Shown here: positions 8,901-17,051 of the stretch, piece after piece
Numbering within the stretch: position 1 is the stretch's first letter
Layout: the number at the start of each line of letters is the position of its first letter
Origin: a virus
Lineage: Duplodnaviria; Caudoviricetes
IMG/VR virus record: IMGVR_UViG_3300005764_000055
Coordinates: 1-31,307 of that record
Direction: 5' to 3' (one strand)
Length of the DNA stretch: 31,307 nt
Notes under the pieces: generated by a model
Told to the model about the DNA's origin: nothing
Database searches by the model: none
What the model saw: only the letters and a program-made list of their open reading frames with translations
Position numbers and translations under genes: made by a program

Positions 8901-10204
8901 TTCAGGCTGCCGTATGTCTTCTTTAGCTCCGCAGCGCCCGGCCCGGTGATTTGATCGAGCGCCTCGTTCAAAGCGCCGCGCAGCCCTTCCAGTTCCGCGA
9001 ACTTGTAGCCATACGAAGGATCACGCTTCAGCGTGTCCTGCTGCACCTTCAGCCTGCTCTGCTCCGCATAGAGTTCGTTGTTCAGTTCCTCGATACGTTG
9101 CTCCATATCGGCGACCGACATCTGCTGCCCGCGATAATCGTTCGCAGCGTTGTCGATGGAATCGACGAGGGGGCGATTGCGTCCCTTGGCGATGTCGCTC
9201 ATGCCATCGGCAACCGCTTGGATACGGTCAGCAACGGGAGTCGTATCGCGGACAAAAGATGAGGCAGGCCCGAGGTGGTTTTGTTCGAGCGTGTTCCAGA
9301 CATTCTGCTTCGCCTTGCGGGTTGCGGCGAGCGCCTCGTCATGCCCCATCGTGTTGATGTCGATGCCCAGTTGGTCGGCTGCGGCACGCGCATGAGGTAG
9401 CGCCTGCTCAATCTTGGGCGTAATGTCGCGCAGCTGGTTACGCGGTTTGGTTCCACGCGACATGATCTCAGCAGGCGTCATGTTTGAAAGCGGGTCAATG
9501 AGACCCTTTCCTGCCTGTATCCCGCGATTGAGCGCATCCACTCCCGTTGGAGCAAATGAACCTTTGTAACTTTCGCCTGCTCCTACTCCGCCGAGAATCG
9601 CTTGCCCCAGCCCGCCACTGATGCCCGCCGTTTTTTCCCATGCTGATTTATTCGGGTCGGTGGCAGCCTCGTAAGCCTCGTGTAGACCCTGCCCGCCGAA
9701 ACCTACACCTGCAGCAACGTGCGCCGTGCGCAGAGCTTTGGCTGCGTTGATTGTTGCGCGCGTTCCCTGTGCGCCCTTGAAGAGGCTTTCGATAAGCGGC
9801 CCTGCGCCGAAAGTAGCAATCGCGAGTGGCGATGTGCCCATGCTCGATGCAGTGTCATAAACATCCTTAGTCACGCCCGCCATGCCCGTGCGCAGCGCAC
9901 TCATGTACGGATGGTCGGGGTCGATCTTATCCTGCATCCGGGTGAGGTAGTCGTAAGTTGACTCACCCTCTTTCATATCGGCTGGCCTTGGAATCATCGC
10001 GCCCGCAGCGTTAACTAACGTCTTCCCAGAAATCAGCCCGCGATTCGCCCAGTCCCATGCGCGAGAAATAAATCCCGGTTGTCCCTGCGTATTCACACCT
10101 GTATCCGGCTTAGCCTGAAAGCCGCCGCTCAAGTCGATGCCCTTGGGCTGGAAGCCGCCGCTCAGATCAATGGGAGCCGCTTGGCCGGGTTGGGGGTCTG
10201 CCAT
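5903..10204 (-). CDS. Large polyvalent virion/ejection protein with zeta-toxin-like P-loop kinase and ParB/Srx-like domain (1433 aa)
   Basis: VIFQGGGAASGKT, IDADVLK, HEESS, VIIDTV, GYRVEVHYV, GRWVP; later PIDVW...YIVDGHHRL; position after the other ejection genes. Confidence 0.85.
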   Translation of the reverse strand: MADPQPGQAAPIDLSGGFQPKGIDLSGGFQAKPDTGVNTQGQPGFISRAWDWANRGLISGKTLVNAAGAMIPRPADMKEGESTYDYLTRMQDKIDPDHPYMSALRTGMAGVTKDVYDTASSMGTSPLAIATFGAGPLIESLFKGAQGTRATINAAKALRTAHVAAGVGFGGQGLHEAYEAATDPNKSAWEKTAGISGGLGQAILGGVGAGESYKGSFAPTGVDALNRGIQAGKGLIDPLSNMTPAEIMSRGTKPRNQLRDITPKIEQALPHARAAADQLGIDINTMGHDEALAATRKAKQNVWNTLEQNHLGPASSFVRDTTPVADRIQAVADGMSDIAKGRNRPLVDSIDNAANDYRGQQMSVADMEQRIEELNNELYAEQSRLKVQQDTLKRDPSYGYKFAELEGLRGALNEALDQITGPGAAELKKTYGSLKAMEDILDRSRNVAERPSPVGLFGGLGKMAGVGNLAGGVWQTVTGHPETGLPQIAKGGAQAWYGSKAAQLNNRNYLVGEAFRRTTPAGAPPAPSPIAQAAAGFGSIPPANPANVPPWTGAGQAPIQFTGGTNVPAQATPPVPPSATPTEPPTPNLPLFRQAQVQPAAPGAPPVEMPGVSPEGVQAFQEGARQTPAPSENVAPEVPKAPEQAPKTYTSTPERKAARNAATAEAVSQLRKGNVDRATYDEIRNRSYTPELEPEHLHGISQSPDRKGESGLDTREASQVNGEYTPERKQMHKDRELQVLGPDKGPEENPVVIFQGGGAASGKTESLGKEMEAKYPGIRTIDADVLKNGDEKKGIEGLPEAKYLRESDPLGAAARMHEESSDLSKQIQNEALRRKQSVIIDTVGSNAKKMMRTMQEFKDRGYRVEVHYVDKDFAAAAKSMANRFEKPFTKTGEWGRWVPPHVAEPAHRGAAAAYHAIAESGIPDEHSLRMANAKGAEDVTRTTYTTVHKDGKITDDVLYRKHREKGGLDNGGHGRELDRGGLQETARVGTGGGPSSEVVPGEPGTVGAGEESPRGTAEAAKEVAPPSEPTLPGMEHIPAERAQAAAEEQGRQMTEQMTEPPRSVESAAGEMERNSPLFRGSEASPQNEMFAPGGAAPEPDEIGRPSQVRLVKTADLHADPKRFQWRAVPRATIPEGAAWDQAKAGPIDVWRDPADGKLYIVDGHHRLNHAINTGTPEVEVRAHDFANAQEAKTYGALRNLEQGNASPFDAALYLRESGIKPQHLAERGINLTGDVLRKGSTLANLSPEMWEQYRTGQIDEAKAAAIGSLDDPAQQKALAEVAKNRRLSAADLQQQARRIQQQGNTSHSEMGLFGPSETSVSNAIATGRLSTKIERALAADKNALKFIANADQARRVALERGKNIVNVEESSQEAMISAALAEHYQKVQYKSGPVGRILEDAGKRITQGENADTVFKEIYPQIRDAVASEIGQR

Positions 10205-10226
10205 GTGTTCCGCTCTAGGAACGCGC

Positions 10227-10232
10227 TATAAT
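10227..10232 (+). promoter_or_regulatory. -10 box of a leaderless antisense gene
   Basis: Perfect TATAAT 6 nt before ATG 10239. Confidence 0.6.
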
Positions 10233-10238
10233 GTGGAT

Positions 10239-10364
10239 ATGGTTCACTTCGCTCTGAAACTCTTTAGTGTTTGGGTCATCATCGCCAGCGGAATACTTCT
10301 CTTCCTGATTCCATTCATCGTGCACGCCGTTTACCGCCACATTCGCTATGGCGAAGACATCTAG
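10239..10364 (+). CDS. 41-aa single-pass membrane protein, moron / possible superinfection exclusion
   Basis: MVHFALKLFSVWVIIASGILLFLIPFIVHAVYRHIRYGEDI; fills the gap between two minus-strand genes. Confidence 0.65.
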   Translation: MVHFALKLFSVWVIIASGILLFLIPFIVHAVYRHIRYGEDI

Positions 10365-12334
10365 GGCAACACATTGAACCCCTGTTGCCTCGCCGCAGCG
10401 ATTGCTGCCTTCACATCCTCCCCCGGATGTGCGGCGGACCAAGCAGTCGCACTCCAGTTGTGAGTCGTTGGACTGGGAGGCGCAGCTGGTGCAGCTTGCG
10501 CCGGGCCTTGAGGCGCTGCATAGCCGGGCATGAATCCGCCACTGCCGTACTTCGCGAGATCATCACCGAAGCCGAGACTCATCACGCCGGGGTCGCTCTT
10601 GACTTTCGGGTGAATCAAGTTCGGGAAATCCTGTCCGCCTGTGCCTGTGCGATAGGTTTCATTCAGCGAATCGAGCCGCAGCACCGCTGTCTTGCCCAGC
10701 TGCTTCAGTACATCGCGCAGCTGCGCGGGAGTCTCGGTGTCGTTCATAATCTTGTTCATCTCCTCGATGTCCTGCGAATGCTCCGCTCGGTTCGCATTGA
10801 GGAAATTCATGTACTCCTTTTTCACGGGCGCGAGCGCCGCTATCAGCTGCGAGTACAGAGGATCGCCCGCAAGCTTGTCGCGTAGCTTGTTTATCGGTGT
10901 ATTGATCCACGGCACTCCGCTCTGGAGGCGCTCATTGTCCCATCGGTCGATCACTTTCTCGGCATCACCAGCGTGCAGGAAGAAGTTATTGAATGCGTTG
11001 ATCTGCCCGCCTTCCTTGCTGTCGCCGTTGTTGTAGCGCTCATAGAGCTTGTTCTTGTTGCCGTACATCTGCGCGTTCCACTTGCGGCCCTCCGCATTCG
11101 CAATGGCGCTCGCCCAGCCCGTCGCCTGCTCCTGCGTCAGACCGCCAATGTTCTTGTATGTTCCACGCGGTGACCAAGCATCTTTCGGGAGATCGCCGTC
11201 CGCAAGTTTGAGCAATGATTCTTGTGTCTGCGGATTGAGGCGACTGAAAGCAGCTTGCAGGTCGGGCGGGAATTTCGACACTCGGCCTTGAATGTCCGAC
11301 ATTGAGAGCGGCGGCATATTCGCTCCGCCTCCCCCGCCCGGCTGTTGCTGCCACTCGTGCGGGTGCATCGCGGCGAATGCTTGCCCCGGCGTATATCCCT
11401 TGCCGCCCTGCTCCACTGGGCGGGTGTAGTAATCGAACGTCTCTTGCTCTGGCGTTACTTTCTCGGGCTTCGCTGCCGCTGTCTTCGCTGGACCAACGTC
11501 GACATAACCATTCTCGTCCGCATTCTCACTGTCGGGGTTGTAGACCATCATCCGGTCGCCGGATTGGAACGGCTTGCCTACCTGCCCCGCGAGTTGCCGC
11601 TGCCGCTCGGTCTTGGCACGGTTGAGGTCTTCCTGTGATTGCCTGTAGCTCTGCATCGCGCGCATTTGCTCGATCTGCATGGCGCGATAGATCGGCATCA
11701 TCGCGAGATTCTGGCGCGCCTGCTCCAGCCCCAGTTGCCCTTGCTGCAGACCCATCGCGCGTTGCTGCTGCTCTTGTCCGGTCGCGATCTGCTGATTCTC
11801 AAAGGCATTCGCGCTCAGCGCGCCCGTGCCGAATGTAGGTTGCGTCGATCCCACCATCGCACCTTGTCCTAAGCTCTGCAGGATTGAAAGCACCTTACCC
11901 AGCTTGGTGAGACCTCTACCAGTGCCGGGCGTGCCTGCGGCGACATTCGCTGCAGCCGTTCCGTAGTTTGGAACCTGCTCGTAGTTGCCGGGGGCTTGCG
12001 TCAGTGCCCAGCGATTTTTTTGCAGTACTGGACCGAGCGGCGGAAGATTCTCCGCGCCCACATCCGGCGCTGAACCCTCGGGCATTGGTCCCGCGTTCGG
12101 AGCAGCAGGAGCAGGCGCACCTACTCGCCCACCTGCCACAAAGAGACTCGGATCATAGGCAGTCTCTGGAGCGGCGGTGGGAGACGTTGGGTTAGCAGCT
12201 GCCGCTCGTGGCGGTTCGATTGGTCCCTTTTCATCCCACGGATAGCGCCTGCGCGATAGCCCCATGGCGGCGGAAAGCAAATCGGGATTGTCAGAGGTTA
12301 GATCGTCGATTGTGACGCCATCGCCGTAAGCCAT
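10361..12334 (-). CDS. Internal virion / DNA ejection protein (657 aa)
   Basis: GGAGG RBS before MAYGD; Gly/Gln/Ala-rich with coiled coil; synteny. Confidence 0.75.
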   Translation of the reverse strand: MAYGDGVTIDDLTSDNPDLLSAAMGLSRRRYPWDEKGPIEPPRAAAANPTSPTAAPETAYDPSLFVAGGRVGAPAPAAPNAGPMPEGSAPDVGAENLPPLGPVLQKNRWALTQAPGNYEQVPNYGTAAANVAAGTPGTGRGLTKLGKVLSILQSLGQGAMVGSTQPTFGTGALSANAFENQQIATGQEQQQRAMGLQQGQLGLEQARQNLAMMPIYRAMQIEQMRAMQSYRQSQEDLNRAKTERQRQLAGQVGKPFQSGDRMMVYNPDSENADENGYVDVGPAKTAAAKPEKVTPEQETFDYYTRPVEQGGKGYTPGQAFAAMHPHEWQQQPGGGGGANMPPLSMSDIQGRVSKFPPDLQAAFSRLNPQTQESLLKLADGDLPKDAWSPRGTYKNIGGLTQEQATGWASAIANAEGRKWNAQMYGNKNKLYERYNNGDSKEGGQINAFNNFFLHAGDAEKVIDRWDNERLQSGVPWINTPINKLRDKLAGDPLYSQLIAALAPVKKEYMNFLNANRAEHSQDIEEMNKIMNDTETPAQLRDVLKQLGKTAVLRLDSLNETYRTGTGGQDFPNLIHPKVKSDPGVMSLGFGDDLAKYGSGGFMPGYAAPQGPAQAAPAAPPSPTTHNWSATAWSAAHPGEDVKAAIAAARQQGFNVLP

Positions 12335-12335
12335 C

Positions 12336-12680
12336 TCAGCCTCCGTAGAATCCCGGTCCCATCTGTGGCGGTGGTATGAAAGGCATAGGCGCAACGTTGA
12401 AGTTCACAGGCTGCGCTTGCTGTTGCTGCCCGCTTCCCATCTGCCCGCCTGCTTGATCCCATGCGTTTGCGATCTGCCCGGCCTTCTTCAGCCCAGTGCG
12501 CCATGGGCTTGGCTGGTTGAGCTTACCCCCTGCCGCATCTATGCCAATCTGGTTCGCCGTCTGCCCCATCGGACTGTTCATGCTCACGCCCGTCTGAAAG
12601 CCGCCAACTGGCAAGCCCGTCGTTGGGTCGAGCGTTGGAGCGCCTGATCCCATTCCGCCGTTAGCTCCACCTGCTCCCAT
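12336..12680 (-). CDS. Low-complexity Gly/Gln/Met-rich virion protein (114 aa)
   Basis: GGAGGTGA RBS; begins MGAGG, ends GFYGG. Confidence 0.7.
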   Translation of the reverse strand: MGAGGANGGMGSGAPTLDPTTGLPVGGFQTGVSMNSPMGQTANQIGIDAAGGKLNQPSPWRTGLKKAGQIANAWDQAGGQMGSGQQQQAQPVNFNVAPMPFIPPPQMGPGFYGG

Positions 12681-12693
12681 AAACTCACCTCCG

Positions 12694-13257
12694 TTACACT
12701 GCAAGCGCCGCTGGCAGTGTCTTCAATGCCTGCATTCCGAGACCGCCAACGGTCCCCCAAACGCTCGGTTTTTGCGGTGCACCCAACAATGATTGATTCG
12801 CCTGTGCGCCCAGCCCGGCATACTGGAGACCCTGATTGCCTGCGAACTGTTCCTGCCCCATCAGGCCCGCAGCGCCTTGTTGCTTCGCCATCTCATTCGC
12901 CATCATCGCCTGCGTCAAGCTCGAATCGAAGGCGCGCCCCTGTTGTGCGTTCAAATTGTTGATGAGGGCATCGCGGTAGCCCGAGGGCAGGTTCGTGTAC
13001 TGCGAGGTACGGCGATAAATATCCGCTCGCGCTGGAGCGAAAGCCTGCGCGATGTTGCCGGAATTGTAGTCGGTCATGTTGCGGTAGAAGGGCAGGCCAT
13101 TGTTCATGCGGCCCTGATAAAACGGCGTCACCTGCCCTTGCGTGCGCAGCATGTCCTCATATTGCTGCTGCGAGTTCTGCATCCCTGTCTGCCCGGTCCA
13201 GTTCTGCCGCCATGCCGCCTGACTCTTTTGATTACCGCTTGTTCCGCCGCCGCCCAT
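12694..13257 (-). CDS. Small ejection/pilot protein (P22 gp7-like by position and composition)
   Basis: MGGGG start, Gln/Gly/Asn-rich, amphipathic C-terminus WGTVGGLGMQAL; GAGGAA RBS. Confidence 0.7.
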   Translation of the reverse strand: MGGGGTSGNQKSQAAWRQNWTGQTGMQNSQQQYEDMLRTQGQVTPFYQGRMNNGLPFYRNMTDYNSGNIAQAFAPARADIYRRTSQYTNLPSGYRDALINNLNAQQGRAFDSSLTQAMMANEMAKQQGAAGLMGQEQFAGNQGLQYAGLGAQANQSLLGAPQKPSVWGTVGGLGMQALKTLPAALAV

Positions 13258-13267
13258 GGCTTCCTCC

Positions 13268-13705
13268 TCACCGCACCTTAATCATCCAGCGATCTGCAGG
13301 CTGGAGTTCATATGCCTGCATCCAGTCGAGATAGTTCGGACACCGCGCCTCGGGCGGTTCATCCTGCTTGATGTGAATCAGCGCCTCAGTTCCGCGCAAG
13401 CCGTTATCGTGTAAGTAGTCATTGGCACGCTGCACGAGTTTGACTACGGCTGCATTGTCTGTGAATCGGCACACTGCAAAATCTGCGCGCAGTACCATGC
13501 ACAGGACACCGAGCGCGCGCTGTGGCTTCCCTTCGGCATCCACTTCGCACGCGACCCAAACATTCTTGAAGTTCGTGAAGTCGACGGGATCGGCGAGATT
13601 CTCCGCTGCATACTTCACCGCAATGGCATGGAGATCGCCGTCCACTGGCATCAGCCCGTTATTCCCATCTGATTTGAAAAAGAGTTGAAAAACTTGAACC
13701 TTCAA
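13268..13705 (-). CDS. Virion assembly protein, possible degenerate GNAT fold
   Basis: Position between nozzle and ejection genes, as for P22 gp14 / T7 gp13; VWVACE...ALGVLC strand pattern. Confidence 0.5.
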   Translation of the reverse strand: MKVQVFQLFFKSDGNNGLMPVDGDLHAIAVKYAAENLADPVDFTNFKNVWVACEVDAEGKPQRALGVLCMVLRADFAVCRFTDNAAVVKLVQRANDYLHDNGLRGTEALIHIKQDEPPEARCPNYLDWMQAYELQPADRWMIKVR

Positions 13706-14190
13706 GGAGTCTTCTTGCCGCTGGGTTGGCCGCTCTGGGTTTTGTCGAGACCGCCAGAAAACACATTCAGGAAATCGCCCGGAGGCTGGGGCACCAGTGC
13801 TGGTGCTGTATCCGATAGCGCGGCGGTCTGCATCTGCAGTCTCCCGCTTTCGCGGAATCCATTTACTACACTGACGAACACGTTCTGTTTGGGCGGAGTC
13901 GCGCCGCCCGTCAATGGAACGAATGCCTGTCGAGTGCCGCGATCCCGAATCTGGATGGAGAGGTTTTTCTCCGTGCCCACATAGATGCGGTATCCGGTCA
14001 CATCGTCATAGCGCTGCGGCAGGTGCCATATCACGAGGGCTCCACCTTGAGCGGGTTGCACAGTTACTGCGCGTGGAGCGGCTGGAAGGCGCTGGGTTCC
14101 GTGAGTTCGCACTTGCGTGACAGCCCGCACTCTCGCCTGCATCATCTCGCCATGCTTTGCTCCGAGTTGCGGCGGGAGAGTGCTTTTCAT
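13702..14190 (-). CDS. Fibronectin type III domain virion protein
   Basis: PAAPRAVTV...LVIW...VTGYRIY...VSVVN..RES. Confidence 0.75.
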   Translation of the reverse strand: MKSTLPPQLGAKHGEMMQARVRAVTQVRTHGTQRLPAAPRAVTVQPAQGGALVIWHLPQRYDDVTGYRIYVGTEKNLSIQIRDRGTRQAFVPLTGGATPPKQNVFVSVVNGFRESGRLQMQTAALSDTAPALVPQPPGDFLNVFSGGLDKTQSGQPSGKKTP

Positions 14191-17051
14191 CGCCCTCTTG
14201 AATCTCCTAATATCGGCGCGGACAGGTAGAGACGCCCGTAGACCTCCAGCGGGATGTGCGGGATTGGCGTGCTCAGCGCCATGGGATTGGTGGGATCGAG
14301 CGCATCATTAGGATGCGCGGTCAGCTGCGCCCACAAGTAGCAGTGCGTCATCTCCGGGCGCTGCAGGTCAGACATAAAATGCCCGTTGCGCTCATCGCCG
14401 GGCACGGGCCGTCCTTCCCATGTGAGATTGACCCAGTACACGGGATCGGGATAGACATCGAGCATCCCTTCGTAGATGTACCAAAGAATGAGCGGGTCGC
14501 CATACCATTCGAGCGTTTTCACTGCAGTCCGCTCGCCGCCCATATATCGCAGCTGCACCGCATCCGCCACGAAGTACTCTCCTGCATCGTCGCCGCCGCT
14601 GTACAGCTGGTACAATTTTTCGTCTTGCGCTCCTGCCCAGATGCGCGCATGTCCATCCGCATCTCGAATCCACGCATGCGTGAAATCAGTCGCCAGTGGA
14701 CCTAAGTACACATCCTCGTAGCCTTGTCCATACGGACTGGCATCATCCCGCAAATTGAAATCATGGATCACGACGAAGGGTGCTCGCGTGCTGTCCGAGC
14801 ACTTGATGCGCAACACTTCAACCATGCGGGCCGGGTCCCGAAAATACACAACTTCCACATCCTGCAGGTAGGCATCGCCAATGCCTGCGAGCAAAGTTGC
14901 TTCGTATTCTGTCGAGATCGGGATTGGCCCGGTCGAACCGGGCAGCATCGTGCACAGCTGCTTATCTTGCGAGACCCAAAATGGTAGTGAGTTCCAGCCC
15001 TTATCGAAAGCATAAGGCCCGATGATGCCAAAATTGTAAGGACCGTTCCATGCAACCTCACCGCTCAGTTCTGATAGCTGCCCACAATCGCTTTTACTGA
15101 ACACCCAGCTTTCCTGCATGTAACCGAATCCGCCAATGACAGGTTCTGCGGTCGGAAAAGTCTCGACCCTTATGGGCGACCATGCCTGCGCGGGGTTGCC
15201 GACAAAGATGCCCGTAGTTGCATCAAGCTCGGAGCTAGAACGAAAGACAAAAGGCTGCAGCGCAACCGAGCCGCACAGTCGGTCACCCTCGCGCCAGAAC
15301 GAAGCAAATGCGGGCGGCGGATAGTTCTCCGTGGGCAGTTCGGAATTGCCGTCGATCTGACCAGTATTGATGTTGATGGAGGTCTGGTTTGGAACTGAGG
15401 TGGTGATCCACTTTCCATTAGCGTCAATGCACGCATAGGGAACGTCGCCACCGTCGCCTGTCCGCCCAATCAGAATTCGCCACTCGGTATCGGTCTGCGG
15501 CAAGGTGATGGGAGGCGTGCCGCCCTTCGATCCCCACAGCACGTTTCGCGCCGAATATCCGTAACGTGCCTGCGGTGCCACCATTGCGGAGAAACCAGTA
15601 AGAAGCGCAGTGAAATCGGGGAGGCCGGAGATGGCGATGATACTGTCTGAGGGATTCACGATGCGTGCGCCGATTGGCGTCCGATTGCCTACGTGCCCGG
15701 TAAGTGGGTTATAAATGCACGCATAGAACTGATAGCCCGGCTGCGCCCCTCCGATGGCAGAGGCGGCGAGTAGTCCGCTCGCCATGTCTTCCACGTAAGG
15801 CATTTGCACGAAGCCATCAGAAGACATCCCCCAGCCCTGAAAGTACAACTGGGTAAGAGCATCCTGATTGATGAGCGTGACAGTCGAAACGCTGTTTGGC
15901 ACTGTTAGTAAATGCTGGAAGTCGATGGGAGAGGCTATCGTGTAAACCGAAGCATCGACGCCAGCGGGAGCTTTGAACGTAAAGTGTGTTACATCAGGAA
16001 CGGAAACAACTGCAAAGGGTCCACTGCTATGCCAAGCATAGCTGGGGTTGTCGATTGCAACCACATCACCCACGCTTAGGCCGTGATTGAGCGGGCCGGG
16101 ACCAGAAAAAGCCGTAGTCGATGTTACCGTTACCGTGACGGTGCCGCCCGGCCCACCACTGCCCACCATAGTCCCGCTTATCTTCTTGAGCTTCGTGCTG
16201 TCAGCGCAGGCAACGTTAACGAAGACCGCGCCGGGACCATTGTTCTCATTGAATGCGACCAGCCCTTTGACGTTTGTATCTGTGACTGTTGGCAGTCCGT
16301 TGATGGTTAATTTCATCAAGTCAGTAGCAGCAACTGGTGCGGGGCCACCTCCAATCGGAGTACTGCAAGGGGCGATGCTGTTATCGGAGATGTTAAAGGC
16401 GGTGTAATAGAAGACATACGACTGACTCATCGGGTGGAATGTTCCACTGGCAGACCATGTTAGCGTTGCTGCCGCCACTGTCGCGGCGTCCGGTGAGTGA
16501 AAGCCTATCCTTGTCGATATGCCAGCCAGCTGCGCGCCGCTCAGTGTCGGTAAGCCAATATCGCGCAGGTAAGCACCGTCCCAAAATTTCGCATCGGTGC
16601 CGTTGTGCATGTAGAGGAAGCCATCTTTGGCTAGGGCATACTGCCAGCGATGAGGAGAGGCTATCGGGTTGCCGCGCACTACACCTGCCGTCATTAAATT
16701 AACGGTGCGTCCATCACTCACACGCCGCATGAAGGCATCGCCGCCGCGCCAGAAGAACACGCAAATGTCGCCATTGTTAAACCCGGTGATGGGCGCATAG
16801 GTTCCATCGGGTCCGCTGGGTGTCGCGACTATATAAGGGGTGATCGAATGCGGCCCTCCGATTCCGGGCAGCAAAGCTCCCGCATCGACAGGTGTGACTA
16901 GCGTATATCCATCGCGCAATTCCAGATGCCCATCCTGTCGCGGTCTCCAGTTGCGGCAGAGGAGAAACCGATTCGGTGGCTGCACCACCGGGTTGGAGCG
17001 TGAATCTACTCCGCCGTAGCTGGCTTGTTCAATCGCTTTGAGTGGGGGCAT
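14187..17051 (-). CDS. Tail nozzle / stabilisation protein with central insertion (954 aa)
   Basis: YGGVDS...NWRP..DG.L..RDG N-terminus typical of podoviral nozzle proteins; propeller-like C-terminal half; synteny. Confidence 0.7.
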   Translation of the reverse strand: MPPLKAIEQASYGGVDSRSNPVVQPPNRFLLCRNWRPRQDGHLELRDGYTLVTPVDAGALLPGIGGPHSITPYIVATPSGPDGTYAPITGFNNGDICVFFWRGGDAFMRRVSDGRTVNLMTAGVVRGNPIASPHRWQYALAKDGFLYMHNGTDAKFWDGAYLRDIGLPTLSGAQLAGISTRIGFHSPDAATVAAATLTWSASGTFHPMSQSYVFYYTAFNISDNSIAPCSTPIGGGPAPVAATDLMKLTINGLPTVTDTNVKGLVAFNENNGPGAVFVNVACADSTKLKKISGTMVGSGGPGGTVTVTVTSTTAFSGPGPLNHGLSVGDVVAIDNPSYAWHSSGPFAVVSVPDVTHFTFKAPAGVDASVYTIASPIDFQHLLTVPNSVSTVTLINQDALTQLYFQGWGMSSDGFVQMPYVEDMASGLLAASAIGGAQPGYQFYACIYNPLTGHVGNRTPIGARIVNPSDSIIAISGLPDFTALLTGFSAMVAPQARYGYSARNVLWGSKGGTPPITLPQTDTEWRILIGRTGDGGDVPYACIDANGKWITTSVPNQTSININTGQIDGNSELPTENYPPPAFASFWREGDRLCGSVALQPFVFRSSSELDATTGIFVGNPAQAWSPIRVETFPTAEPVIGGFGYMQESWVFSKSDCGQLSELSGEVAWNGPYNFGIIGPYAFDKGWNSLPFWVSQDKQLCTMLPGSTGPIPISTEYEATLLAGIGDAYLQDVEVVYFRDPARMVEVLRIKCSDSTRAPFVVIHDFNLRDDASPYGQGYEDVYLGPLATDFTHAWIRDADGHARIWAGAQDEKLYQLYSGGDDAGEYFVADAVQLRYMGGERTAVKTLEWYGDPLILWYIYEGMLDVYPDPVYWVNLTWEGRPVPGDERNGHFMSDLQRPEMTHCYLWAQLTAHPNDALDPTNPMALSTPIPHIPLEVYGRLYLSAPILGDSRGR

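Noticed and set aside
5903-10204. Tape-measure protein, or a classical epsilon-zeta / ParABS module
   Set aside because: No tail tube genes, no separate antitoxin or ParA recognised; the domains are fused in a virion-operon protein
10340-10364. RYGEDI as another copy of the C-terminal tag
   Set aside because: Not terminal, lacks the first hydrophobic residue, and belongs to an opposite-strand membrane protein
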